Source of the DNA: Kiritimatiellia bacterium
GTDB taxonomy: Bacteria > Verrucomicrobiota > Kiritimatiellia > CAIVKH01
Direction: 5' to 3'
Assembly: GCA_039807095.1 (NCBI GenBank)
Contig: JBDHQM010000004.1
Location: forward strand, 62,425 to 126,424
Length of the DNA stretch: 64,000 bases
Shown here in pieces: positions 9,143 to 17,639 of the stretch; position 1 is the first letter of the stretch; the number at the start of each line of letters is the position of its first letter. The notes below the pieces were generated by a model. That model searched no databases. It was not told the origin of the DNA and saw nothing but the letters and a program-made list of their open reading frames with translations. The position numbers were made by a program, and so were the translations under genes.

Positions 9143-11662
9143 TTAAATTTTCAGTATCCGGGTAATATCTGCGGTTGTGTGGACACCCTGCAATTGCTGC
9201 GGCTCCTGGCGACGCAGTCGCTGATTGATGTAGCCAAAGAGCGCTTCGTGCTCGGCCAGCGTGTTATCGCTTCCGGTCACAAGCACCCAGATGTGCCAGA
9301 CCGGCTCGGTGAGGTCGCTAAAAATGATCGGATTTCGCTCGGCATTTCCAACCGCAACAAAAGAGCGAGGCTGTTCAGACGCATGAACATCAATCAGCAC
9401 AGTTCCCTGAACAATCCGAACGGAATTCGAGCGCGCAGCCTCAATCAAGCGCTCGCTGAGGTTCGCAATCGCACCGATTCCGGAAATCTGCGATGCAAGT
9501 TCCCGAATCGCGGCGTTTGCGTCGGTAGATTGCAACACCAGCGCCTGCCCGCCTGCATCCACATAGTCGCGCAAACGAGAGGGCGCATCAAATGCCTGCA
9601 GCGCATATACCGCCGAACGCTCGTTGCGGGGATAGGCGACCATGAAACTGTTTTTCGGAAAACGCGTCGCCAACAGGCGCGGCAGGCGATCGTCCTCGCG
9701 CGTCCACGCAATCGTCCCCTTTCTCGAAGCAACCAGCACAATCAAGTCGCTCGACGGACGCGCCATCTCGCGAAGTTTTGACGCCATATTCTCCCATGTG
9801 GAAATGTCCACCCACGTCACCACCACCGACGACTTGAGCTTCACCAGCACATCTTCCGCCGCAAAACGGCTGTCGCTCGGGGTGATTATGTGCAGCGCCG
9901 CGCCCAACTGCTCGCACACCGTGCACACCTCAGCCAATACACCCGGAAAGCCTGGCAGGCGGTTCGAAAACGGCGGGATCGCGAGAATCACGCGGCGGTA
10001 TTCACTGATGGGACACGCATCGCGATACACAAAAATAGTCTGCGCAGAATCTTTCAGCAAACGATCCAGCACGCTTCCGAAAATAAACTGATTCGCCGCA
10101 ATGTGCCCGTTCCAGCCGATCAGTACCGTGCGAATCCGCAGCTCCGCAATCGCCCGGTTGATGCCATCCGCGATATTGAGGTCCACGCGCGTAATCGGAA
10201 CCGCATCCAGATTCGCATCCGTCGCCAATCGCACCGCGCCCTCCAACTTCTTCTCCGCCAGGGCCACCTGCGCCTCTACATCCTCATCGGCCGCCACCAC
10301 CGTGAGCGGGAACAGCGGTTCTTCCGACTTCGGATTATGAATGAGAATCGCCATTGTCATCAGCGGGCCGATGCTCGCCGGATTCGCCAGCGGAATCAGC
10401 ATGCGCTGCGGCACCCGCGAGAGATGCACGGCCTCCGTAGCCGCCCGCATCGCCACCTTTCGCCCCCATCGCTCCGTCATCCACGGCGACATCAAACACG
10501 TCACCAGAATCAGCATAATAATGCTGTTCAGGATCGTGTGATTGAACAGGCCGATTTCATAGCCGACATAGGTCGCCGCCAGCGTTGCAGCAGCCTGCGA
10601 AACGCAGAGCCCGAAAATGAGCATCGCCTGATCTTTCGTATAGCGAAACAGACGCGCACTGCCGAATACCGCAACCGTCTTCGTCAGAAACACCGCCAGC
10701 AGAATCACACCCGCCACGCCCCACATTTTGGGATCCTTCAGCGAATTAATATCCACAATCATCCCCACAGTGATCATGAACATCGGGATAAAAAGCGCCT
10801 CTCCGGCAAAGTGCACGCGCGATGCGAGCGAAGAGCGCGCCGGCACCAAGCGGTTCATCGCAATACCAGCAAAGAACGCGCCGATGATCGCCTCCATCCG
10901 CGCCACTTCCGCCAAAAATGCGCAGAGAAAAACAATCGCCAGCAAATAAACAAATCGCTCCACGCTCCCCGCCTTGAATTTGCTGAAGCTCAAACGGCTC
11001 AACCGGGGTACGATCAAAAAGAGCGCAGCCGTATACACCGCGATGCCGACAAAAAGACTGATCCAAAACCGCGTCGTCGCCTCGCCCTGCACCACGGCAG
11101 CAATCACGGCCAACGTCATCAGCGTCATCGTGTCCGTCACGATCGTGCCGCCCACCGCCGTCGTCACAGCCGGATCCTTCATGATGTCCAGCCGCTTGAC
11201 AATCGGCTGACTCAGCAGCGTATGCGACGCAAACACACTCGCCAGCAACAGGATCGTCGGCCACAGGTGATCCGGATTCAGGTGATTGTAGAGGAAGAAA
11301 TAAATAACCCCGGAACCCAACACCATCGGGAATAAATACGACAGAATGCCGAAGATCACCGAATGGCTCCGGTTCTCCTCCAGCTCATTCATGTCAATTT
11401 CCAGCCCCGCCTGGAACATGATGTAGATCAGCCCCACCTTCCCCAGCAAATCCACCGCCCCGCTCTTTGGCAGGATATCCAGCGCGTGCGGCCCCAGCAC
11501 AATTCCCGCGATGATCAGCCCGACAATTTCCGGGATCCGCACAAGTCGGCAGATAATCGGCACGCACAGAATAATTGTCATCAGGACAGCAAACAGCCCG
11601 ACCGGGTCCACAACCGGTCGCTCAAAGACAAACGCAAGAGTAGGTATAAAAGCAAAGCTCAT
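9143..11662 (-). CDS. CPA2-family monovalent cation:proton antiporter with large C-terminal cytoplasmic domain
   Basis: N-terminal 12-13 TM Na+/H+ exchanger core (GLIIAGIVLGPHALDIL motif typical of KefB/NhaP-type CPA2), followed by ~400 aa of uncharacterized soluble sequence. Confidence 0.7.
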   Translation of the reverse strand: MSFAFIPTLAFVFERPVVDPVGLFAVLMTIILCVPIICRLVRIPEIVGLIIAGIVLGPHALDILPKSGAVDLLGKVGLIYIMFQAGLEIDMNELEENRSHSVIFGILSYLFPMVLGSGVIYFFLYNHLNPDHLWPTILLLASVFASHTLLSQPIVKRLDIMKDPAVTTAVGGTIVTDTMTLMTLAVIAAVVQGEATTRFWISLFVGIAVYTAALFLIVPRLSRLSFSKFKAGSVERFVYLLAIVFLCAFLAEVARMEAIIGAFFAGIAMNRLVPARSSLASRVHFAGEALFIPMFMITVGMIVDINSLKDPKMWGVAGVILLAVFLTKTVAVFGSARLFRYTKDQAMLIFGLCVSQAAATLAATYVGYEIGLFNHTILNSIIMLILVTCLMSPWMTERWGRKVAMRAATEAVHLSRVPQRMLIPLANPASIGPLMTMAILIHNPKSEEPLFPLTVVAADEDVEAQVALAEKKLEGAVRLATDANLDAVPITRVDLNIADGINRAIAELRIRTVLIGWNGHIAANQFIFGSVLDRLLKDSAQTIFVYRDACPISEYRRVILAIPPFSNRLPGFPGVLAEVCTVCEQLGAALHIITPSDSRFAAEDVLVKLKSSVVVTWVDISTWENMASKLREMARPSSDLIVLVASRKGTIAWTREDDRLPRLLATRFPKNSFMVAYPRNERSAVYALQAFDAPSRLRDYVDAGGQALVLQSTDANAAIRELASQISGIGAIANLSERLIEAARSNSVRIVQGTVLIDVHASEQPRSFVAVGNAERNPIIFSDLTEPVWHIWVLVTGSDNTLAEHEALFGYINQRLRRQEPQQLQGVHTTADITRILKI

Positions 11663-11804
11663 AGAGTTCGCCGGAACTGTGGTTCACTCAGCGCAATCGC
11701 GCAACCCCAAGCGACAATTATTTTCACGGCGCACACGCCGCCCCGCCCCGCCGACCCACTCCGCGCCCGGCTCGCTTCAACCACTCTGACACAGCCCCCC
11801 GCCT

Positions 11805-11844
11805 ATAAAACATCGCGGGAGCGAGCGCCGTTGCGCTCGCCCCC
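11805..11844 (-). terminator. Candidate intrinsic terminator downstream of ssb
   Basis: GC-rich hairpin (gggagcgagcgc-cgtt-gcgctcgccccc, one mismatch) ~20 nt after the ssb stop. On the minus strand it is followed by GAUGUUUUAUAGG. Confidence 0.4.
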
Positions 11845-11868
11845 GCTCTCTCACCCGCTCCCTTGCGG

Positions 11869-12294
11869 TCAGTCGCTATATTCTTCATCGCGGAAGCGGC
11901 GACTCCGCCGCTCCCCTCCCTCGCGAGCCTCCGTCTTGCGCCCGCCGTCTTTTCCCCCACCGCCGGGACGCCCCATAAACTGCACGCGGTCCGCCGACAC
12001 CTTGATCTTGTTCCGGCTCTGCCCCTCCTTGTCTTTCCACTGCGAGTATTGCAGTCGGCCTTCAACGAGGATCGGCGAACCTTTCCTTAAGTATTCCCCA
12101 CACGTCTCCGCCTGTTTATCCCACGCAATCACATCCACGAAGCACGCGTTCTCCTCGCCCTTCCCGTCTTTTCCTCCGTACCCGTCATTCACCGCCAGGC
12201 CCAGATCCGCAACCGACATTCCCTTCGATGTTTTGCGGATCACCGGATCCCGCGTCAGATTTCCCACCAGCATCACTCTGTTCATTCGTATCAT
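11869..12294 (-). CDS. ssb: Single-stranded DNA-binding protein
   Basis: OB-fold SSB (MIRMNRVMLVGNLTRDPVIRKT...VDVIAWDKQAE...ILVEGRLQYSQW), Gly-rich linker, acidic tail. The longer track ORF to 12387 overlaps the upstream KTSC gene, so the internal start at 12294 is preferred. Confidence 0.8.
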   Translation of the reverse strand: MIRMNRVMLVGNLTRDPVIRKTSKGMSVADLGLAVNDGYGGKDGKGEENACFVDVIAWDKQAETCGEYLRKGSPILVEGRLQYSQWKDKEGQSRNKIKVSADRVQFMGRPGGGGKDGGRKTEAREGGERRSRRFRDEEYSD

Positions 12295-12338
12295 GTCCGT
12301 TCTCCCTTTTTCGTTGTCGTTTCTTTTTGTGTTCTCGC

Positions 12339-12677
12339 TCATTCGCGTACCGCCCACGCAGACGGATACAGATCCAACCGCTCGCACGGATAGCTGTTGC
12401 GAATGCGGCGATTGAAATACTCGCCCTTGTTCACGATGCGCGTGAAATCCAGATACACCTCGCGATCCACGCCCGAATAGGCGTAAGCCGCCCCACTGCT
12501 GAACACGATTGTCAGCGTGCGCGACGCCGCGTCGTATCGCGCGGCATCAAATAGCCGCGATTCAATCCGGTGAAACTCCACATTCTTTCCGCGCCACGGC
12601 AGCTCGCCCGCCCAGCCCGCCGTCGCCACCATCGCCATCAGGCCCGCCACCACACTCACCATCATCGCTCGCTTCAT
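12339..12677 (-). CDS. Secreted KTSC-domain protein
   Basis: Signal peptide (MKRAMMVSVVAGLMAMVATAGWA) plus a KTSC-domain signature (YAYSGVDREVYLDF...NKGEYFNRRIRNSY). Confidence 0.6.
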   Translation of the reverse strand: MKRAMMVSVVAGLMAMVATAGWAGELPWRGKNVEFHRIESRLFDAARYDAASRTLTIVFSSGAAYAYSGVDREVYLDFTRIVNKGEYFNRRIRNSYPCERLDLYPSAWAVRE

Positions 12678-12841
12678 TTCCAGTCCTCCACATTGGGGTT
12701 TGATTCTGGAACTCTATATTCGCAAGCGCCGTGCCAAGTCGCAGAAAGGCGGATTCGCGAGATCGCAACCCGCGATTTACAAAGCACTTGCGAGATCGCC
12801 GCCGCGAACGCGCCCCTCGCAACTGACAGGGTGAAAACCAT

Positions 12842-12873
12842 CAACTGCGGTTGATGAATTTCAACCGCAGTTG
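12842..12873 (-). terminator. Perfect 13-bp inverted repeat, candidate intrinsic terminator for the sigma-54 activator transcript
   Basis: caactgcggttga-tgaatt-tcaaccgcagttg. On the minus strand the stem is followed by AUGGUUUUCACCC. Lies ~165 nt 3' of the activator stop. Confidence 0.45.
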
Positions 12874-12932
12874 CGCAGAACTGGGGACGGAGCCAACTCT
12901 ATACCGCATACCGTTGGCAGATAGAGAGGGGC

Positions 12933-12990
12933 GACTTCCAAGGATTGGAAACCGGTCGCGAACAGACTTCCAAGGGTTGGAAGTTTTTCT
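12933..12990. repeat. REP-like intergenic element copy 1: tandem pair of ACTTCCAA-N3-TTGGAA palindromes 32 bp apart
   Basis: Sites at 12936-12950 (ttccaaggattggaa) and 12968-12982 (ttccaagggttggaa), the second followed by TTTTT. The linker between sites (aaccggtcgcgaacagactt) is also conserved with the copy at 34521-34572. Confidence 0.55.
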
Positions 12991-13036
12991 CAACGCAAAA
13001 ACGGATACTCCACAGAAATGCGGAAATCGCGAGCGA

Positions 13037-14542
13037 TCAGGAGTCCGCGCGATCTGTGCTCTTTAGAAATTTATGCACGGCCTGCGGAGAAATGCCGAGT
13101 AGCCGTGCGGCGTGCGATTTATTTCCACCCGACTGTTCCAGCGCCTTCGCGATCAACGACGTCCGGATTTCGGAAAGATACGATTCGATAGAGAAGCCCG
13201 CGCCCAGTTCCGGCAGCGCACCCGCGCGCGGAGCAGCAGCAGGAAGCGGCTCAATTTGAATATCTTCCGCTTGAAGCACCGGCTTGTCGGACAGCAGCAC
13301 CGAGCGACCCAAGACGTTGGAAAGCTCGCGGATATTCCCCGGCCAGACATGCTCCTCCAATCGCTTCACCGCCGAAGCGTCCATACGGCGCGGAGTCGGC
13401 ATGGAGCGATTCAATTGCGCGAGCTGATACAGCGCCAAGAGTTTGATGTCGCTCCGTCGCGCGCGCAGCGGCGGCAGCACCAGCTGCGCATAGCCAAGCC
13501 GGAAATACAAATCTTCGCGAAACGATTTTTCCGCAACCGCCGCTCGCAAGTCGCGATGCGTTGCCGCGATCACCCGTACATTGACCGGAACCCCGCGCGC
13601 GGCACCAATCGGTTCCACCACGCCATCCTCCAACACGCGGAGCAACTTCGCCTGCAATGCCAGCGGCAGCTCCCCGATTTCATCCAGAAACAACGTGCCC
13701 CCGTCCGCCAGCACAAACTTCCCCGCCTGATCACTCGCCGCACCGGTGAACGAACCCTTGCGATGCCCAAAGAGAATGCTCTCCACCAACTGCTCCGGCA
13801 ACGCCGCGCAATTCACCGCCACAAACGGAGCGCGCCCGCGCCCGCTCATCTCGTGAATCAACGCAGCCAGCATCCCCTTCCCCGTCCCCGTTTCGCCGTG
13901 AATCAACAGCGGCACCGGATGCGGCGCAAGCCGTTCCGCCATCTCCAATACGCGCCGAAATGCGGCATCCTCACCGCGCAATCCAAGCTGCCTGCACGCG
14001 GTCATCAAATCAGGCGCGCGCAATCGCGCCGCGTCCACGCCATACGCCGCCATCGCTTCACGCGCCCGCTCTGCGGCCCGCGGCTTCTCATCCACAACCG
14101 CCAACCCCGCCCCCGCTGCGCCGCGAGCGAATTGCACCGCAACCCAGCGCACCGCCGGGGCGTCGTGCACCACGTCGCCCCACGCGGCCTGCACCGTTTC
14201 CGGCCCGCTGTTCACGCAAACCGTCAGAGACCCCACGGCAGCGCAGCGACGCAACTCGGACCCGAGCGCATCCGACAATGCCTCGCGGGAAAGCGGCGCC
14301 GAAATCCACTCGATCGCCAGCGCGGGATAGAGTCGCCGCAACTCCAGCTCCAACGCCAATGCCTGACCGGGCGTCGCCGATGTGGAAAGCAGCACCAGCC
14401 GGTCCCATTCCGCATTCGCAAGCAGCGCCAGTGTCGGCCCCAACCCGACCGACTCGCCCGTCAGGCCCGGCACATACGGATCCCACTCATCCACACATGT
14501 CAAAAGCATGTTCATGAAAACACCCGCACTCGCATCACACAT
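13037..14542 (-). CDS. Sigma-54-dependent transcriptional activator (enhancer-binding protein) with uncharacterized N-terminal sensor domain
   Basis: AAA+ sigma-54 interaction domain (GETGTGKGMLA Walker A, GSFTGA variant of the GAFTGA loop, ESILFGH), C-terminal Fis-type HTH (GNKSHAARLLGISPQAVHKFL). The ~230-aa N-terminal domain is not a receiver. The true start may be the internal MNMLLT at ~14515. Confidence 0.85.
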   Translation of the reverse strand: MCDASAGVFMNMLLTCVDEWDPYVPGLTGESVGLGPTLALLANAEWDRLVLLSTSATPGQALALELELRRLYPALAIEWISAPLSREALSDALGSELRRCAAVGSLTVCVNSGPETVQAAWGDVVHDAPAVRWVAVQFARGAAGAGLAVVDEKPRAAERAREAMAAYGVDAARLRAPDLMTACRQLGLRGEDAAFRRVLEMAERLAPHPVPLLIHGETGTGKGMLAALIHEMSGRGRAPFVAVNCAALPEQLVESILFGHRKGSFTGAASDQAGKFVLADGGTLFLDEIGELPLALQAKLLRVLEDGVVEPIGAARGVPVNVRVIAATHRDLRAAVAEKSFREDLYFRLGYAQLVLPPLRARRSDIKLLALYQLAQLNRSMPTPRRMDASAVKRLEEHVWPGNIRELSNVLGRSVLLSDKPVLQAEDIQIEPLPAAAPRAGALPELGAGFSIESYLSEIRTSLIAKALEQSGGNKSHAARLLGISPQAVHKFLKSTDRADS

Positions 14543-14742
14543 TTACCTTCTGTTTTCGAGGCATCCGGAGCGGCGTGCAAAACACCGCGCTAAATTTCTT
14601 CGCCAGCTCTCCCCGCCCCGCGCACCCGCACATTTGCGCCTGCAAAAACCGGAGGCTATCCCACCGCCCGCCATTTCTCCAACCGCAAATAAAAAGGGAC
14701 GGCCCGAGGCCGTCCCTTCCCTGCTGCCGAATTGAATATCCA

Positions 14743-16245
14743 CTATTCCTTGTGCCAGATGTCACCTTCGCCATACCGGAACCAACGCGAAGTGGTCACT
14801 TTCTGGCGCGTGTAGAACATGATGCCTTCGCGGCCCTGCAGGTGCAGGTCCCCGAAGAACGAGTAATCCCATCCGCTGAACGGGAAATAGGCCAGCGGCG
14901 CAGGCACACCGATGTTGATGCCGACCATGCCCGATTTGATTCGGTGCCGGAACTCACGCGCAGCTTTGCCCGATTGCGTATAAATGCACGCACCGTTTCC
15001 GAAGATGGTCTTGTTCGACATTTCGATTGCGGCCTCGAGGTCGTCGAAGCGCATCACGTTCAACACCGGCCCGAACACCTCGTCCTTTGCAATCGTCATG
15101 CCCTCGCGAACGTGATCCACCACAGTCGGGCCGAGATAAAAACCTTTCGGAAATTCCGGAATCTTCACCGTGCGCCCGTCCACGACGACCTTGGCTCCGT
15201 CCTTGACGCTGCTCTCCACCAGCCCCGCGACCTTGTCGCGATGCTGCTGACTGATCACCGCGCCCATCTTCGCCGACGGGTCGCGATCCGTCGGGCCCAC
15301 CTTGATCGCACGAACAGCCTCCGCAAGCGGCGGCAACAGATGATCGCCCGCCTTGCCGATTGCCACCGCCGTGGAACCGGCCATACAGCGCTGCCCGGCG
15401 CAGCCGAACGCGGCATCCACCAACCCTTTCACAGAGTTGTCGAAATCCGCATCGGGCATGACGAAGACGTAATTCTTCGCGCCACCCGCCGCCTGAACAC
15501 GTTTCCCGTTTTGTGTGCCCTTTTCGAAAATATACTTCGCAATCGGCGAGGAGCCGACAAACGAAATCGCGCGAATCTTCGGATGCGTCAGAATCGCGTC
15601 CACGCACTCCTTGCCGCCATGCACAACGTTCAACACGCCCTTCGGCAATCCGGCCTCATGCAACAACTCAATCAGACGCACGCCGGTCAGCGGGACCTTC
15701 TCGCTCGGCTTGAGGATGAACGTATTGCCGCAGATCAGCGCGAGCGGATACATCCACATCGGCACCAGCGCAGGAAAGTTGTAAGGACAAATGCCCGCGC
15801 AAATGCCGACGGGTTGCTTGATCACATCGCAGTCAATGCCGCGCGCGATATTTTCCAGCACCTCACCTTTCAGCAGCTCGGGCGCCGAACAGGCGTACTC
15901 GACAACCTCCATGCCGCGCAACACATCGCCTCGCGCCTCGACAATCGTTTTGCCGTGCTCGCGCGTAATCATCTGCGCAAGCTCTTCAAAATGTTTATCA
16001 ATCAGCGCCTTGTAGCGGAACATTACGCGAGCGCGTTCGATCGGCGGAGTCTCCGCCCAATCATACGCGGCGGCTTCGCAGGCTTGAACAGCTTGATCCA
16101 CAACGTCCGCGCCGCACATGGGCGTTTGCGCGATCACGTCGCCGGTGGACGGATTGTAGACCGGCGTGTGCGCGGCGGTTTTCGGAACGAACCACTCCCC
16201 ATTAATGCAAACGGGAACCGGCGTCAGGGCAGACTGCGTACTCAT
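14743..16245 (-). CDS. mmsA: CoA-acylating methylmalonate/malonate-semialdehyde dehydrogenase
   Basis: Aldehyde dehydrogenase superfamily with MmsA-type sequence throughout (catalytic Cys region FGCAGQRCMA). Start taken at MSTQSALTPVPVCINGEW (16245) rather than the track's upstream extension. Confidence 0.85.
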   Translation of the reverse strand: MSTQSALTPVPVCINGEWFVPKTAAHTPVYNPSTGDVIAQTPMCGADVVDQAVQACEAAAYDWAETPPIERARVMFRYKALIDKHFEELAQMITREHGKTIVEARGDVLRGMEVVEYACSAPELLKGEVLENIARGIDCDVIKQPVGICAGICPYNFPALVPMWMYPLALICGNTFILKPSEKVPLTGVRLIELLHEAGLPKGVLNVVHGGKECVDAILTHPKIRAISFVGSSPIAKYIFEKGTQNGKRVQAAGGAKNYVFVMPDADFDNSVKGLVDAAFGCAGQRCMAGSTAVAIGKAGDHLLPPLAEAVRAIKVGPTDRDPSAKMGAVISQQHRDKVAGLVESSVKDGAKVVVDGRTVKIPEFPKGFYLGPTVVDHVREGMTIAKDEVFGPVLNVMRFDDLEAAIEMSNKTIFGNGACIYTQSGKAAREFRHRIKSGMVGINIGVPAPLAYFPFSGWDYSFFGDLHLQGREGIMFYTRQKVTTSRWFRYGEGDIWHKE

Positions 16246-16289
16246 GATATTAATACCCTCTTTCCTAATCTTCTTTTCGCTAAAGCCAA

Positions 16290-17603
16290 TTACGGATGCG
16301 CGGGGATCGGCTTCATCTTCCCTGCAGCTAAACCTTCTTGATACTGCTTCCAGCTCATGTGCTTCTTCCCGGTCGGCACATCCTCCATGATGATGCAATC
16401 ATCCACCGGGCAGACCAGCGCACACAGATTGCAACCGACGCAGACGTCCTCCAGAATTTTCGGAATCATCTTGCCCGGCAGGCGGCCCGGCCCGAGGTCG
16501 TGGCCATCCGGCTTGATCAGCGCGATGGCCTGATGCGCACCATCTTCGCAGGCGATGTAGCACAAGTTGCAGTTGATGCACTTGTCATAGTCAATCGTCG
16601 CGACACGTTTGTAGTTGAGATTCAAATTCTCCCACTTGGTGACCTTGTTCACCGCCAACCCGCGCAACTCGTTGACCGACTTCATCCCCTTGCTGTCGAG
16701 GAATTCGCTCAACCCGTCCTTCATCTCCTCTACGATGCGGAAGCCGTAGTGCATGATCGCCGTGCAGACCTGCACCCCCGTCGCGCCGAGCGCGATGAAA
16801 TCGGCCGCGTCTTTCCAATTCGACACACCGCCGATACCGGAAATCGGCAGACCCGCACACTGTGGATCCGACGCAATTTCGTGCAGCATATTCAGCGCAA
16901 TCGGCTTCACCGCAGGCCCGCAATATCCGCCGTGTGTGCTCATTCCGCCCACATACGGCTCGGGGCACATCGTCTCCATATTGACCTGCGTGATGCTGTT
17001 GATGGTATTGATCAAGGACACCGCATTGGCGCCCGCCCGCTTCGCGGCGCGCGCTGGCGGCACCACGCTCGTGACATTCGGCGTGAGCTTCACGATCACC
17101 GGAATCTCCGCGACCTCCATAACCCAACCGACGATCGTCTCGATAACTTCCGGGTTCTGCCCGACAGCGGACCCCATCCCGCGCTCGCACATGCCGTGCG
17201 GACAGCCAAAGTTCAATTCGACACCATCCGCACCCGCGTCCACGGCACGCTTCATGAAGTCGTGCCAGTTCTCGCGCGTATCCGTCATCAGCGAGGCGAT
17301 AATCGCGTGGTTCGGCCACGCCTTTTTGCACTCTTTGATCTCGCGGAAGTTCGTCTCCGGTGCGCGGTCGCTGATCAGCTCAATGTTGTTGAGTCCCGCC
17401 ATGCGCATCTGACCGAGGTTCAGCGCGGAATAGCGTGAACTGACGTTGACGATCGGCGTGCCGATGGTCTTCCAGACGAACCCGCCCCACCCCGCAGCAA
17501 ACGCGTTGTGGCACTGATAGGCGGTGTTCGCGGGCGGCGCGGACGCGACCCAGAAAGGATTCGGCGATTTGATTCCGGCAAGATTGATGGAAAGGTCTGC
17601 CAT
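16290..17603 (-). CDS. preA: NAD-dependent dihydropyrimidine dehydrogenase subunit PreA (DHOD-like FMN domain plus 2x[4Fe-4S] ferredoxin domain)
   Basis: TIM-barrel DHOD/DPD family followed by C-terminal CxxCxxCxxxCP ferredoxin motifs (CINCNLCYIACEDG, CVGCNLCALVCP). Confidence 0.85.
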   Translation of the reverse strand: MADLSINLAGIKSPNPFWVASAPPANTAYQCHNAFAAGWGGFVWKTIGTPIVNVSSRYSALNLGQMRMAGLNNIELISDRAPETNFREIKECKKAWPNHAIIASLMTDTRENWHDFMKRAVDAGADGVELNFGCPHGMCERGMGSAVGQNPEVIETIVGWVMEVAEIPVIVKLTPNVTSVVPPARAAKRAGANAVSLINTINSITQVNMETMCPEPYVGGMSTHGGYCGPAVKPIALNMLHEIASDPQCAGLPISGIGGVSNWKDAADFIALGATGVQVCTAIMHYGFRIVEEMKDGLSEFLDSKGMKSVNELRGLAVNKVTKWENLNLNYKRVATIDYDKCINCNLCYIACEDGAHQAIALIKPDGHDLGPGRLPGKMIPKILEDVCVGCNLCALVCPVDDCIIMEDVPTGKKHMSWKQYQEGLAAGKMKPIPAHP

Positions 17604-17639
17604 GATTGTTCTCCTTACGTAGCGTTCTTCGAATCCCGA

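Noticed and set aside
7868-11335. Plus-strand ORFs 7868..9070 (400 aa), 9179..9781 and 9890..11335 (481 aa)
   Set aside because: Antisense to metG and the CPA2 antiporter. Translations are low-complexity and R/H/Q-rich, with no domain signatures.
13112-17438. Plus-strand ORFs 13112..14593, 14575..16341 and 16338..17438
   Set aside because: Antisense to the sigma-54 activator, mmsA and preA, all of which have strong motif support; composition typical of GC-skew artefacts.
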